From contig NW_027271164.1 in NCBI RefSeq assembly GCF_040938485.1, forward strand, positions 2,208,064 to 2,272,063: a stretch of 64,000 nt of DNA. The letters are read 5' to 3'. The stretch is from Diadema antillarum. Its lineage: Eukaryota. Positions 12,807-26,640 of this stretch are shown piece after piece. The position numbers and the translations under genes were made by a program. The notes beneath the pieces are model-generated. The model did not search any database. It was not told the origin of the DNA and worked only from the letters and a program-made list of their open reading frames with translations. Positions within the stretch are counted from its first letter, which is position 1; each line of letters begins with the position of its first letter.

Positions 12807-14514
12807 GTAAGTACAGGACAGACAAATTCATCAACATATCAGTGGTTTTCTCCACTTCATCTTTACTTTTCCTTGGTTATCTGTATTATATACATGCAGC
12901 AAAAAGACAGTATCTCTAGCAGTTCCTCATTTCTTCATGATAATATTTCGGATGTTACTTTGCATTGTTAAGACGTTAAATGTTCTGTTTGGTGGCGGCA
13001 TAGTTGCAGTTATTCGTGAAAACCCTACCCTCACGCTTTTATCTCAGTTACTGTTACATGAATACATTGATGTCATGTGATACTTGTGTTTCGCCAAATG
13101 TTGGTTTTTAATCGATTGTGCGTTATTTTCTCACTAAAGCAGCAGAGAGAACGATAATCGTCTCCTTACGTTCTCTGCATAATTCACATAATATGTCTTT
13201 AATGGTTATTGCCATGACAATTTCGAATGTTCGAGGGGGCTTTAACCGAATGCTTTACATGCATGCACAGTTTTATAGTATACAGTATTCTATGCTTAAT
13301 CGTGAACATTGATGAAAGATGTTAAATTTCTTACACATGTGTGTTTTGTCACTTCTTAAACGGATGATTAAAGAATAAAGGACAGGTGGACAGAGAGCAA
13401 TGCAAAACAATCATTTCATTAAACCGTATACATTATAGCACGTTTCCCGATCGCCCGCGACATTACCCCCCCCCCCCCCCCCCCCGCCTCAACGTTAACA
13501 ACTTGCTTACGGGAACAAGGCGTGTTATGTTTAACCTCTTTGAACAATGATATTAAGTTTAAAAATGAAAATTTTCATGAAGATAAAACCTTATATGCTA
13601 TCTAAGACTGACGAGAACTTCTTGGCTAAGGAATGCTTGCTATATACCAAGTTGTGATGGAAAAAAAAAGATACGCAACATGTCCACTCAGCGCCTTTGG
13701 GTAATTCGGACAAAAGCAAAGCAGCGTAATTATGCATTATGCTACAACGAGTGGACATTATTGGTCAGCTTCACTAGAAATCATGCAATATTTCTGAGGT
13801 GGATGTGTAAGATGCCCTTAATTGCAAGGCATAATTTGTTCGAATCAAGGTACAAAACAAGACGCTGCTAGCGAATCGTGGGATCATGCAGGCAACTCAA
13901 GCAAACTAATTTGGCCCGAGATCCTTTGAAAAGTTTAACGTTCAAAAACGTGGCTCCACATTAACATTTCATCATCTCACCGTAGCATTTTTTCTTTCTT
14001 GTTAAACAAGGTTAACGAGTTCACCCAGAGGAATTCGAAAACGTTTCAATTTCTCATTGGTCTGATATAGAAGACAGTCACAATACAAAATTAGAGTAGG
14101 CTACATGATGGAAGGCTCTCATTTCTGGAAATCAGTGTATCGCGCTGCATCATTCATTGTCTATACAGGGACTGTTTGCAATCAATTTACCTCGGTTTGT
14201 CCTCTCCATGGTCTCCATAGACTGCATTAACAGCAATTTACTTGTCACTAACACATGACGTATAGCCCCGAGGTTTCGTCCTTTTCACTTCAGGTTTAGA
14301 AACCTTTTTAAACTTACGAAACCTGTATTAATTTCTTACGATTATTTTCGTGATTGTGTGTGTATGTGTATGTACGTGTTTGTGTGTTTGTCTGTAAGTG
14401 TGGTGTGTGTGCTGTGTGTGTGTGTGGGGGGGGGGGGGTTGCGCGTCTGCATCTGTGTGAGAGGAGAACGAGAGAGGAATCGGACATGCAGAGCGCACAA
14501 CAATTTTACAGATG

Positions 14515-14790
14515 TGATTGAGGATGCTGTGGCATAGTGGATAAGGTCCTGACTCCCTGGCCAATCGGAGGACCTAAGTTCGATTCCCTCCCAGTGCTTA
14601 TATCCTTGGACAAGACGTTTTTACTCCCGACGTCTTCCGACCCAGGTGTTTAGATGGGTAATTACGCCAAAATATATGGCGTAATTCCGAAAGTTCGTTT
14701 TTCTTAAGATGAATTAATCCGAAAATGAAATAAGGTTCGTTATTCCTGAGGTTCAAAATCTAACTTGATTTCGTTTTTGGGGATCAACGA
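14515..14790 (+). mobile_element. tRNA-derived SINE. The head carries A-box TGGCATAGTGG and B-box AGTTCGATTCC. The body/tail is built from repeated GGTTCGTTATTCCGAA-like units.
   Basis: A tRNA-like promoter pair without a foldable cloverleaf (no acceptor stem complementarity). Related tails recur at 18540-18770 (+) and 19385-19545 (-). Confidence 0.6.
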
Positions 14791-15050
14791 ACCTTAAAAA
14801 AAAAGATTTGATAAGTCGAGCTGAAAAAACCAGGTTCTATTTGAATATATTATGTATTACATCTGCAAAATAATGTTCCTTACACTTCACAATTTGTCAG
14901 CAAAGGTTTTTTTTTTTGAACCAACGAACCTTAAAGAAAAAGATTTGATGAGTCGAGCTGAAAAAAACCAGGTTCTATTGAATATATGAATTAGATCTGC
15001 AAAATAATGTTCCTTACACTTCACAATTTGTCAGCAAAGGCTTTTCATGG
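14790..15050 (+). repeat. Tandem duplication of a unit of about 130 bp (…gaaccaacgaaccttaaagaaaaagatttgatgagtcgagctgaaaaaaccaggttctatt…cacaatttgtcagcaaagg…), 2 copies
   Basis: Direct reading: 14788-14918 and 14921-15048 are near-identical. Confidence 0.8.
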
Positions 15051-15626
15051 AAATAAAACAACCGCACAAGCAAAATGTTTACGCAGCTGTGAAAATTAAT
15101 TATTTGTCCGTTAATGAATTCCACGACGCAGACGAGTATTGACAGAATTTCAAACATCACGGAGACATCGCTGTATACTCACATAAATGTTCTCCCACAT
15201 AGAAATTGAAAGGTCAACTTCATTTAATTTACATCTGTAGGTGGGTACATTTCCCACCTTATCGGCAAACGTCTGTATAAACTATATAAAATGGATTTCA
15301 TTCTAATCTTTAAGCGAATGTGCTTGACTTTCATGATATTTGGCACATGACACCTTGCATAAAGGGAGTATCAATCTGTTAGTGTATCAAATTTAATGCT
15401 CTTCATTTCATTTTTAAACTTTTATTTCCACTTTAAATGTATAACGTATGAACATTAATCGAGAGGATACCACTAACGCCTATCAGTCTTGTCAAAAATA
15501 GTGACATAAAACCGAAATTATGTGTACAGTATAAAAACAGCAACGTTTGCAATGAACAATATACGACATATCGAAGCTAGTAAAATGACATTAGAGAGTC
15601 TCCCCATATTATCACTGTGTGTAGTC

Positions 15627-15689
<63 letters not shown>

Positions 15690-18329
15690 TTTAATCATTG
15701 TGCAGGTAACAGGTGTTGAGTGATCATGCAGTAACCATGGTAACCATAAAATTTCACACAGTAAAGAATTAGCTGGGCACCTATAGAGACATAGAACTAA
15801 AACAAGAAATTCTGAAAAACAAATGATCAAAGAGTCACTGAAAGCGATTAGGGTATGTTTCTTGAGTGGAATTATCTTTTGTCTAATAGAACATAGAATA
15901 TGGAGAATTGGATGAATGAATAGTTGCTCTTAAGCAACTATTGTCAAATACTTCTCTGATCTTTTACGCCTTATGTTTTCTTATTTGAGACCGTTGTTAA
16001 ATACTGATAAATTCAAATATATTTTTGAGATAAGTAATTCATGCGCGTCCGTTTTCTACAACTGACTTCTAAAATCGTTGTAGAAGTTGGTATGTTGAAT
16101 CAGTCTCTTCTTGAAAAATAAATCCCAATCAATAGATGCACAGAACTGTAGCTTTGGTTTCCAGTATCATCATTACAGGAGAAATGCTGCGTTTAGGGAA
16201 ATTTACCTACAGTCATTTCAATACTGCTTTGAGATGCAAAAATATCTTGCGATTGGTTGTATCAAATTTCCTCCCGACTCTTTTAGACAACACGCTCATT
16301 TACGTGTAACTCAAATCTAAAGTGCCTCAGCTCTGTGCGGGATAATTCAGACAGTGAAGTGAAGTTGATGCAGTTTTGTAGTGAAACATGGCGAGAAGAC
16401 GCCACGTCATTTTCCAGCTCTGCGACTTAACAAGGTTACGACAGGCCACCGCATACCCCGTCTGTTGTATGGAGTTATATCTAAGGCCAAAAGCGGCACT
16501 CAGTTTAGTGCGCTCTCGTGTTCAATTGAACTCTACCACTATCCTGTCCTCAATCACCTGCATGCCTACCGAAACAAAAACAACGAGCGCTTGGTATTTA
16601 TAGACGGAAATTGTTTCCTCGTCCATAAGTCGATATCAAATTAGGGAAGATAAGATGATGAAATAAAACCTTTCCCTGTGGTCCAGATCTTCTCTTGCAT
16701 CATAATACAATAGTTTGGCTGCAAGAGTTGAAAATGATTTCCCCTCCATCGACGGGACGGTGAGCTCAAATGGTCTCTCAGCGCCGCATTCATAATGAGC
16801 GTGTTCAAACATGACCACGATGCTACTCTGAAAGGAGTAGAGTTGTGGGACCCAGTAATCGAATAATCTTTGACTGTATACAGACGGGTTATATTTCTTG
16901 CAGAAGAAGAGAAATTAAAACCGGCATTGAGAATTAGGACTGCTCCTTGCTCAGCGTCTCTATTTGTTCTGGGAAAATTTGACTGGGCTAATTATCTTTG
17001 TCACTTTTGAGACTAACTTTAGTCGCAAAAGTCAATAAAGTCAATAGATAGGGAAAGGAAAGGAAAAGAAGGAAAAGGGGGAAGAAGAAGGAAGGGAGAG
17101 ACAGAAAAAGAAAAGCTTTCCGAGTCCTACCGGTCCACTTTGATGGCAAATATCTTGCCTTTCCCTTCCTGTGCCAATGAGTCAACATATGCACAAGTTT
17201 TACACACAAACCTATGGACAGGAAATCACAGCGGGTTAAGGGATGTCACCGATGGCTAAGGCAGAGGTCTGTCTCTTAACCCACTTCAGTCCAGTTCTTT
17301 GCATCCTTCTTGCGTCATTTACAGTCAGGGGATCTTTTCCTGTCAAAGAATCCTCTTCCAATATAAAGTCGACATGAGGGCAAAATGCCCCATTACTTTT
17401 AGAAACGTTAACAAGGCAACGCACATCTAAACCCGTCGTTAAAGGACAAGTTCACCTTCATAGACATGTGGGTTGAGTGAATGCAGCAATATTAGTAGAA
17501 CACATCAGTGAGAGTTTGAGCAAAATCGGACAATCCGTTAAAAAGTTATGAATTTTTTAAGTTTCTGCTCAGTCATGGCTGGATGAAAAGACTACTATAG
17601 CTTGTGATGTCACATGAGTACAACGATATAAAGAAAGAATAAAGAAAATTCAACATATTTCCATTTTTCTCGCATAACAAAAGAACACTCGATTTCTCTC
17701 TTTCAGAAGGCAGGGGGAATAATATTATCCTTAACATACGTCAGTAGCAAGTCGAAGAACTGTGCATTTTTTTCAAAAAGTAAAGTTTTGTGAAATTCTC
17801 TTTTTATTTTCCTTATATAGTTGTACGCATGTGACATCATACCCTGTAGTAGTCTTCTCTTCCAGCAGTGACTGTGCAAATACTTAAAATATTCGTAACT
17901 TTTGAACGGATTGTCCAATTTTCCTCAAACTTTCACTGATGTGTTCTTCTAATATTGCTGCATTATCTCAATCCTTATGTATATGAAGGTGGACTTGTCC
18001 TTTAAAAGAATGTTCAGTACTAATCTCCCAAACTGCCGACATTGCTAGCTCTGTGAGACGAGTCAGATGCATTTCAAAGATTTTAAGGATTTATCATCAT
18101 TAAAGTCTTGAAGATGTTAAGAGGGACAAACTAGTTCAATAACTGATGCAATGGTCCTCCATTGATACCCCTTTCCCAAATGTATCTTAATATCACGCAT
18201 GAGTGGACACGCTACTAAAAATTGAGTTCACAAACCCTGAAAAAAAAAACCACCAAAAAATGCGCACTTTTATTTTTTTTTTCACAAGGGCCCGTGAAAA
18301 GACGCCGATAATCGTCATTTTTACTGCAT

Positions 18330-18770
18330 GGCGTGCATGAAAAGGTGACCTTTTGACTGCGCATTGGAAATAATCCGCATTATTTGCATCCACATACTCC
18401 AGGTCCGCAATTATGCGGATGGATTGCAGCGTCGAAGTTGTGTGGGTTTTACTCTGATCCCACCCCGATTTCACGACCAAATAAAGCGGATACTATCCGC
18501 ATAACTGAGTTTGTGAAAGATCAGAGTTCTGTAGAAGAGTCCATCGATATTCCAGCCTGTAAGTATTTTCGGATATGGTTCGTTATTCCGAATGCTAGTT
18601 AATCCGAAAACGACATATGGTTCGTTATCCCGAAGATTCGTAGTTCCGAAGACTCATTAATCCGAAAATGTAATAAGGTTCATATTCCGGTCTTTCGTTA
18701 ACCCAAAAATAAAACAAGGTTTGTCATTCCGAAGGTTCGTTATTCCGAGGGTTCCCTCGTTTCCCTCTCT
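18330..18770 (+). mobile_element. SINE-like element of the same family (body with GCGGATAATT/AATTATCCGC inverted motifs plus a CGGAATAACGAACC tail array)
   Basis: The tail units ggttcgttattccgaa / taatccgaaaa repeat 6-7 times, identical in style to 14640-14760. Confidence 0.55.
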
Positions 18771-19384
18771 TCCTCCTTCCCTCTACCTCTCTCTCACTTT
18801 CTACCCTGAGCTTGACGGCAGGCACCAAATGAATTAATGGCTATACATGTTACTTTTTGTGTCTTACTGATCATATTCTTGTGATAGTTTTAATGCAACA
18901 ACAGTTTATAGTGTAAATACCAAAGTAGGCTTTATATACAAATCATGTTCTACTCCGGAAACCAATGATAGCTCGGTCACAGTAATGGTTCACATTTTAG
19001 TATAGTTTTTTTCCCTTCTTTTTTTATCACATAGGCATACCCCGCTTTTCTTATTTGGTACCATTATCTTCTATCCGTTCTCCGTTTCGTTTTCACAAAC
19101 ACTGATTACTCGGGGCTTACAGCCAAACAAGCTAGCTTTCATGTAGGTCCCGTCATACTTCTCTTTGTTCAACCCCATTTCGATTTTGACCAGTTATCAT
19201 TACAATTACTGTGTTATCACCATGTATATTGTTTGTTTTCTGCACATTGTTTACCAGGTAAAAGAACTTGTATTATTATTTCTGTTGCAAAGTTCATAAA
19301 TGAGAAGTATGAAAATAGATGAATTGAATTGAATTGAATTGAATTGAATTGAATTGAATTGAATTGAAGGTGTATTAAAACGCA

Positions 19385-19545
19385 TCTTCTTTCCATTTTC
19401 GGATTAACGAACCTTCGGAATACCGCCATATAATGTTCTGATTAACGAATCATTTTTCATTTTTGGCTTAACTAACATCTAGATTAGGAATTTATGTGTT
19501 TTGGAATAACAAACCTTCCGAATAACGAATATATCACCCGCATTT
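19385..19545 (-). mobile_element. Reverse-oriented copy of the SINE tail (ttcggaataacgaa / cggattaacgaacc units)
   Basis: Reverse complement of the 18560-18760 tail units. Confidence 0.5.
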
Positions 19546-22500
19546 TCAAATAAAAATGGGTCTGAGTCATAGCACATAGTATGTGTAAGAACTATCAAAT
19601 CTATGGCGGTAGTACAAGGACACTCCCCGTTTGTTTGAAAACAATTTAAGCAGAATTTATCTTCTCTTTTCGGTCTTTATAATAATTACTTTTTTTGTTA
19701 CCATGACAAAATGTGCATTGTTTCTTTTGGTTTTTATTATAATATCATATACTTTTAATTGCGTTTGATGAACTTTCTTTATCAAATGAATGAAAGTCAA
19801 TTGACAACTTGTACCGCTTTGAATAATGTTTTTGTTTTCTTTGATGGAAATAAACTATTGAACTGAATTGAATTGAAGTTATTATCCTTGCGTGCGTGAA
19901 CACTGACCATTGATTTATTCTATGCTTTAATTAATTTCAAAGTAGCGACACGTTGGTACCAAATAGTTTTTTCTTCTTTCATGTACATTTGCAATTTTGT
20001 CAAATGATGCCATATAGGTAGAATACACTGGTCGAAATCCATTTCTTTTAATACAATGTAGATTTTAGACATAAGTATGACATCAACCGCTTGTAAAGAA
20101 GCTTTTCAAATAGCTTAGAAAATGCAGATGAGATAGAAATATGCCTGTAGTTAGGTGGAATACGAGTGTCTCCCCTTTTTATGAATAGGAACAATTTCTG
20201 GCAATCCTCAATTAATTACATAGATAATCACTTTGTTCAAATCAGAGATTAAAAATGCTACACAGAGGAGTGGTAAGACAATGGACAGATTTTTTAAAAA
20301 AATCCTTCAGAATCAATGTCATCATAACAACGACGTTTTGCTTGCTTTAAACTCGATAGCAATCTTAAGGAGCTCGACTGGTTTTGGGGTCTTTGAAAAA
20401 AAAAGAATCCGAACAAGTTCTCTTCGGTAAAAAAAAAAGAAGCCAAACAAACAAAAGACACGCGCTTGATGGCTATAAACTTTAAGCAATAGGCCTATAA
20501 GCTTTTTTTTTTTTTGGGGGGGGGGGGATATACGGTGCCGTAACTGTCTGTATAATTTTCCAAATTATCCATTTTCTTTGAAACAGCATTCAATGTGTTA
20601 CTCACTTCCTGTTATGCTGAAACTTCCATCACATGTGCCGTACAAGTGTTGCATTTTATGTAAAATGTAGAAATAAAGGTTAATTGTTAAGGTATACATG
20701 TATAATATTGCGTTCATGTTAAAGGGGGGGGGGAGGCGTCGGTGGGGCAGGAGACATTGCTAATCAAGAGGTGTATGTGTAACATCACACGAAAGACCTG
20801 CTGCGTATTACATTCCAGTGTGTCTGTAAGACAGAGCATAGTGCCAGATTAAGAGTAACATCACGCTAGTTCGGTGCGCTAAACCAGCAGATATCGGACC
20901 GTCATGGAAGCCAGGTATTGCGTAGGAAAAGAAAATCCTAATGCGAGAACGCCAACTCCACTCAACGCTGCACTACACTACATAGAGAAGAGTCTGCCAC
21001 CTGTGCGAATGAAATAAATCTATCTTACTAGTTTCTGAAGTACGATGACTAATCATTTACAAGACATACCAAAATTCATCTTTATCATTGTTGTCATATT
21101 GTAGTTTGAATGAGCTCAACAAAATTACATCTTTTCAGTACACCATCACTTTTCCTTTTTTTTTTTTTTTTTTGTACCGCTGGTTATTCTATTTCAACGC
21201 TAGGTTTGTAACTTGCCTTCATGCGTATTTCCGAGAAGCCTTTGCTATGACGTAAATATCAACTTAAGTTTGATTGGACCGAGTCGGCAGAGAGTGACTA
21301 AGGACAGCAGATAAGAGGGAGAGAGAGAAGAAGAGACACAGGCAGAGTCAGCGCCTCATCCCTGCAATATCATGACGAATATTGTCATTCGCTTAATGCG
21401 TGCACGGAGACGAGCACTCAACGACCCCCTAATCACATAGAGGCAGCAATTTCGGTCAATCATGATTCACGCTTCCCATATTTCCTCTCCGTTTACAGGC
21501 AGTTTTTGCCTATTTCAAACATGGAGTCAATCGTGGCTATTCCATGCTGGCTTAGAGCAAACATAATAGGATTACAAAGCTCAGTGCAAAGCGAGGTGAC
21601 GTCATAAATTAACTTCATATACGACGGGATAGGACAGGGATCATTTTACACTCAGTCATTCGGAGAAAAACAAACAGAATAATCATTTTAGCTCATTTCA
21701 CGGAAATCACAGTTGCCATCCAGATGTATTAGATATATATTCTGATTTTCACTTTTTTTCTGATATAGCAATTATAATATTCTATATCGATTATTTGAGA
21801 ATGATTTCGAAGAAATTTCATATTTTGTAATGCCCAAATATTTTGATTATAGAAGATAAAGAAGGTAATAAGTACTTGTTGGGTGATATAACTGTAAATC
21901 ATGATTCAAGATAAAATTGACAAGAGTATATGCTTATGTAATTATAGTGTAAATTAGCGTTATAACGCATTCCTGTTACAGCTGAATATGAGAAAACGAT
22001 GAATGTGTGGTGTGGTGCAACATAAATTGTTGTTGGTTATCCTTTTTTTGAGGGGGCCTGTACATTTTCAATCTGATCCACATTTGAAACAAAATGATGA
22101 TGCAGGAGGTATTTCTTTCAATTCTAGAATGGAGTATCATGGCACACACAACGACCTGAATAATATTTCATTAGATTTATCACTCATAAAATCCTAAGCA
22201 CAAAGCAATAAAGGTTCCTTATAAATTATAAGTACTCTATAGCACAATAATCTTTCCCATACTTCAACACCAGCAAATATGAAATTCAGAAAAGCATTCA
22301 AAAACTCCAAGCTATAAGACTTTTGTACTCTTCCCTGGCAGTTTTTTGATTCCTAGTGAATCGCATTAAACGTGTAACATATTTCTTTTCATCACTTTTT
22401 GGTATCAAGTTTAAAAGCATGAAACATCAGTTTTGCCAGTTCTTTTACTTACACATTCACGTCCACATACATGCACATTCATGAAGGGATGCTACGGTTG

Positions 22501-23521
22501 AGATAGGGCTTCTGGTTTCCAACTTTTTTATAATAGTTTGCTGAGATAACGAGAAACCTCTTGTGAAACATGAAAGAGCATATAATTCTAAGAGGAACTC
22601 AAAGTTTATTTGATGAAGATTAGTTATGAATGGCCGAGATATCCAAAACAAAGCGATCTAGATAAAAGGTGAGTCCCACCTTTTATCAGGATTGCTTGTT
22701 TTACATTGTTTTGGGATATTTCAGCCATTCCAAACCGATTTTCATCAGATAAACTTTCAATTCCTCTTAGAATTGTATGCTCTTTAGGATTTCATAAAGT
22801 GGTTTCTAATTATCTCGCAAAAAGTTCAAAACTTAATCCTCACCTCAAGCAATACTATACCATCCCTTTTAGACTTGAATGAAATAGGATACGCACTCTG
22901 AAATAAATTCTAAACCTTTTTAGTTCAATGAATGAAATCCTAATTTTCTATTTTTGATAGCAGCATCTTTTACTTCTACTGTATGTAATTTTCATGTTGC
23001 TTTAACCTCATGCAATAAAATCATGGCTGATGCCAAACACAGGCAAACACATGCACATAAACACACACGCGCACACGCGCACACGCGCACACGCATATAA
23101 ACTCGTTTATAACGAATCTTTCTTTTCAATGTCATCCATGATTTCAAAAACAAAGGGTCTGATGTAATAGTATTCTACTACGCTTCAAAACTACCTGTAA
23201 TCAGTTTAATGACCATGTTTTCAGACACATTACATAAATGTCTAATTCTAATCAGGTGTTTTTCTACCGGTCATTTATTTTAAGCTATCTTATTGGTCAG
23301 GTCATTTCCAAGAGACACGTTTGGGAGAAATTTGATTACTTATAATTTGTGATGTTGCAGAGCCTACGTTTTATTGTAAGTTGATCATCTTTGTTGTTTC
23401 TGTCATCTATGTATTCATGTTTATGGTATCGCGAACCACTGTGAATGTATTGAGTGTTGCAATAAATTCAAGAGACCCTTGTATGATGCAATATTAGCAC
23501 AAATTTGTTTGCTCTCTGCAG

Positions 23522-23592
23522 CGGACCTCATCGGATTGCCCAGCATCTTTACACATCGTGATACATCTGGACCGGGAGGGGGCGTCATTCAG
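23522..23592 (+). CDS. hdc: HDC exon: (A)DLIGLPSIFTHRDTSGPGGGVIQ, donor |gtacag
   Basis: Matches HDC (A)[23 protein letters not shown]. The phase joins the previous exon as DWLA. Acceptor ctctgcag|. Confidence 0.85.
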
Positions 23593-25327
23593 GTACAGAC
23601 ATTTAATTATTTTGTCTTCAAAGCTGTTGGTTTTCCACCTGGGAAAAAAAGAAGGGAAATGCTATCATTTTAAAGACTAGCGAAGGGCTGGACGCTATGC
23701 TGTTTGACTTCAACAGGATGTAGTCTCAACATTGATAACATAATATTCTCCAAGAAACAAGTTTGCGAAATATCTCAATTGTCAATGTTATGTTTCGATT
23801 TATTAGAAATAAACGCAATGTTTTCTAGTTTGAAGCATTCTTTTTGTAAGAGAGTCTCATGCACACGTCAGTTTTCGTCACTCTAGCGTGCGCATCGCTG
23901 ACGTCATAGTACATGACGATGTTCCCTCTCAGCTATCGCATACCCCAAATCAGCTGCCGCTCTTGCTTGTATCCATTCAATAAATTGAGTCAAGGCACGA
24001 CAATGCGACAGGATGAGGCAAGAGAGAAAAAAAGCCTTTTACCCCATACAACCATCCTCTAGCGGAAATTAACTGCCGAAAGAAACAGTATATAAATACC
24101 TTGATATCTTGGCTGGCGAGATTTGTTCATTTAGCCGTGGGAATAGGATAGAAGTGTATTGCAACGGTTAAAGCCGCGGAGTATAAGAAAGAGTGTGTTA
24201 ATCTGAAGCAAGGTGTTTCTACGAGGGTATTCGCTTGTGTAATTCCACCAGCTGATTCTCCGGACATGGAAAGGGCGGCTTGCCCGCAGGCGTACGGGAA
24301 TGACGCGGCTGCGCGCGGTCGATATGTTTAGTGCGGCTCCGCTGGAATCGCTTCTTCTATAAATTCAACAATAGTCTCATCTCATTTTGTCAAAATTCTA
24401 TGATGAAAAAAATGATGAATACATTACAGATGTTTCGATGTATGCACAGAAAAAGTAACACGCAGAAAAGTCCATTATCATAAGTGTCCATGGGATATAC
24501 TGTACATGCATATACCCCGACCGACCGAATGATAAGCGAATATCCTCGCAAGATACATGGCATCGTTGTGTCGGGATGTTGTCTCCTCTTCTCATTTCAA
24601 AATGAGGTCCTCTTACCTGAACATTCAGAGCTATATAGATTTGCTGAAATCTTCTCCGCGTTTCTCTCTACCTATAAACCCATCCATAACTTTTTACAGT
24701 CATCTCTCGAGCTATACTAAATAGACGAGTCAGGTAACAGCAACACAGAATTCAAAAGGACATTCTTCTCGTGGCTGTTGTACCTACAGCACTCTGCTCT
24801 CAAAATATTGAAACCCCTGATTTCTTTTTTCTTTTTGCACATTTTCAATCCAGATCGTTTCCTCTGCACACAGAACACAAACCATAGACTAAGCAGCTAT
24901 TGGAAAACACCAAGATTTGATACTGTATGAGAGCAGGTGCCGTGCCATCTATGGGGTTAGCAAGTACCTGTAATACATGCAATATCAGTGCTTAAGTTAT
25001 AGTTCAAGGTTGCGTACCACTTATGTCTTGCTTTTTACCAAAGAGCCTATATGAGGAGAAAAATCTCTTTGCTTTATGCACACTGAATGTTTACAGGGCA
25101 CCGCGTCAATTGATTATAGTAATGCGTCGAAAATAACAATGCTTTCAGCGGGTAGTTAGAAAATGCATAGTGATGGTAGAAACATTATTATGAATGAATG
25201 GTGGGGAAAGAGAAGATTAGTTGCCTCAGAATCGGAATATGTCAATTTGTCAATTATATACTGCTTTATGTACTATTGTACTGTATCATTGAAAGACGAT
25301 GAATGATGTTTTGCGCATTTTTCCCAG

Positions 25328-25468
25328 GGCACAATGAGCGAGGCAACACTTGTGTCCATGTTTGCTGCCAGACGAGAAGCGATTACACGGCTCCAAACCC
25401 GCCAAGAATACCAAGACATGGAAGAGGCTGTGATATGCTCCAAGTTAGTTGCTTACTGCACCGATCAG
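25328..25468 (+). CDS. hdc: HDC exon: GTMSEATLVSMFAARREAITRLQTRQEYQDMEEAVICSKLVAYCTDQ, donor |gtagga
   Basis: Matches HDC [20 protein letters not shown]....LVAYASDQ. Acceptor tttcccag|. Confidence 0.9.
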
Positions 25469-26496
25469 GTAGGATTCGACACTTTTCCTTTTCCGTTTGT
25501 AGTCCCTGCAAGTTTTATCTTATGCCTCCCTCAGAAGTGAAATGAGAAATATGTTCATATGTATTTATACTGTATGTTTTATGTACATATTTCATGTATA
25601 CGACATGAATAGGGCCTACCTATAGATTAGGCTATGTGTTTACGTCCATGTACTTGCCTATAACATGTGATTTTGTGTGTGCGTGTGTGGAAACAGCGAG
25701 TTAGAGTGAGGGGGAGAGAGATATGTAGAGATAAGATGTAGTTCATGTCAATTTAATCATCATTTATCACTTTTGTCCCTTTTGTAATCATTGTTAGACG
25801 ATGTTATCGGTGCATTGTACCTGTTTCAACTTCCCACCATTTAGTTTCAATCGACTGGTTATCAAAGTTTGTCAGAGATAATTAATATCGTATATCGTTA
25901 TCCTCCAAGCTTCATCATCTTCTGTAGTATTTCTGACCCTGAATTTCCTGCATAGCTAATTAGGTTTTTGTTACCGAGCTTTATCATTGCAGCTATTTCA
26001 AACTGTTACATCAATCGTCATGACATATACCATGGAATGTGAGAGTACATTAAAATGTACGAGTTTTGATTTGTGTGGTTTTTTTTTCGGGCTTTTGTTT
26101 TGCTATACAATGTAAAAAAAAGTAAGTACTTCTTTATCAGTCTATGAGGTCTCCGTCTCCATAAAACATCAATGATTAATTGACAGTACCTGCCATCAAA
26201 CAAGCTCCATTTTTTTTTTGTAAGCCTGTTCATATTTCTTTTTTGTTTTTCGGCACCCCAACATTCCCCGTCATTTGTCGTTGGTACTAAGTTAGAGTAT
26301 AATACTATGTTGTAGTGTATTTGTTATTCTGATGTATCTTCGTAAGAGAAATAATCAATTCAATGAATAGGAATGAGCCAACATGTTAGAGATATTGTGA
26401 ATATGGCATGCTTTTTGAAATTAAAAGTCTTTTTTTCATAATTATTTGATGCATTCAATGACTTCTTAAATAAGTGTGTCCTTCCCACTACCGCAG

Positions 26497-26640
26497 GCTC
26501 ACTCCTCTCTAGAGAAGAACGCAGTATTGGCGATGGTCAAACTCCGCCACGTTCCCTCGGACCAAAAACTCAGTCTGCGCGGTGAAGCGTTACGTGCTGC
26601 CATCTCACAGGATCGAGAGCATGGACTCATTCCCTTCTAT
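26497..26640 (+). CDS. hdc: HDC exon: AHSSLEKNAVLAMVKLRHVPSDQKLSLRGEALRAAISQDREHGLIPFY, donor |gtgagg
   Basis: Matches HDC [48 protein letters not shown]. Acceptor taccgcag|. Confidence 0.9.

Noticed and set aside
14520-14600. Possible tRNA gene (A-box TGGCATAGTGG, B-box GTTCGATTCC)
   Set aside because: No complementary acceptor stem and an oversized T-loop. The same head is attached to a SINE body and tail that recurs elsewhere. Called a tRNA-derived SINE instead.
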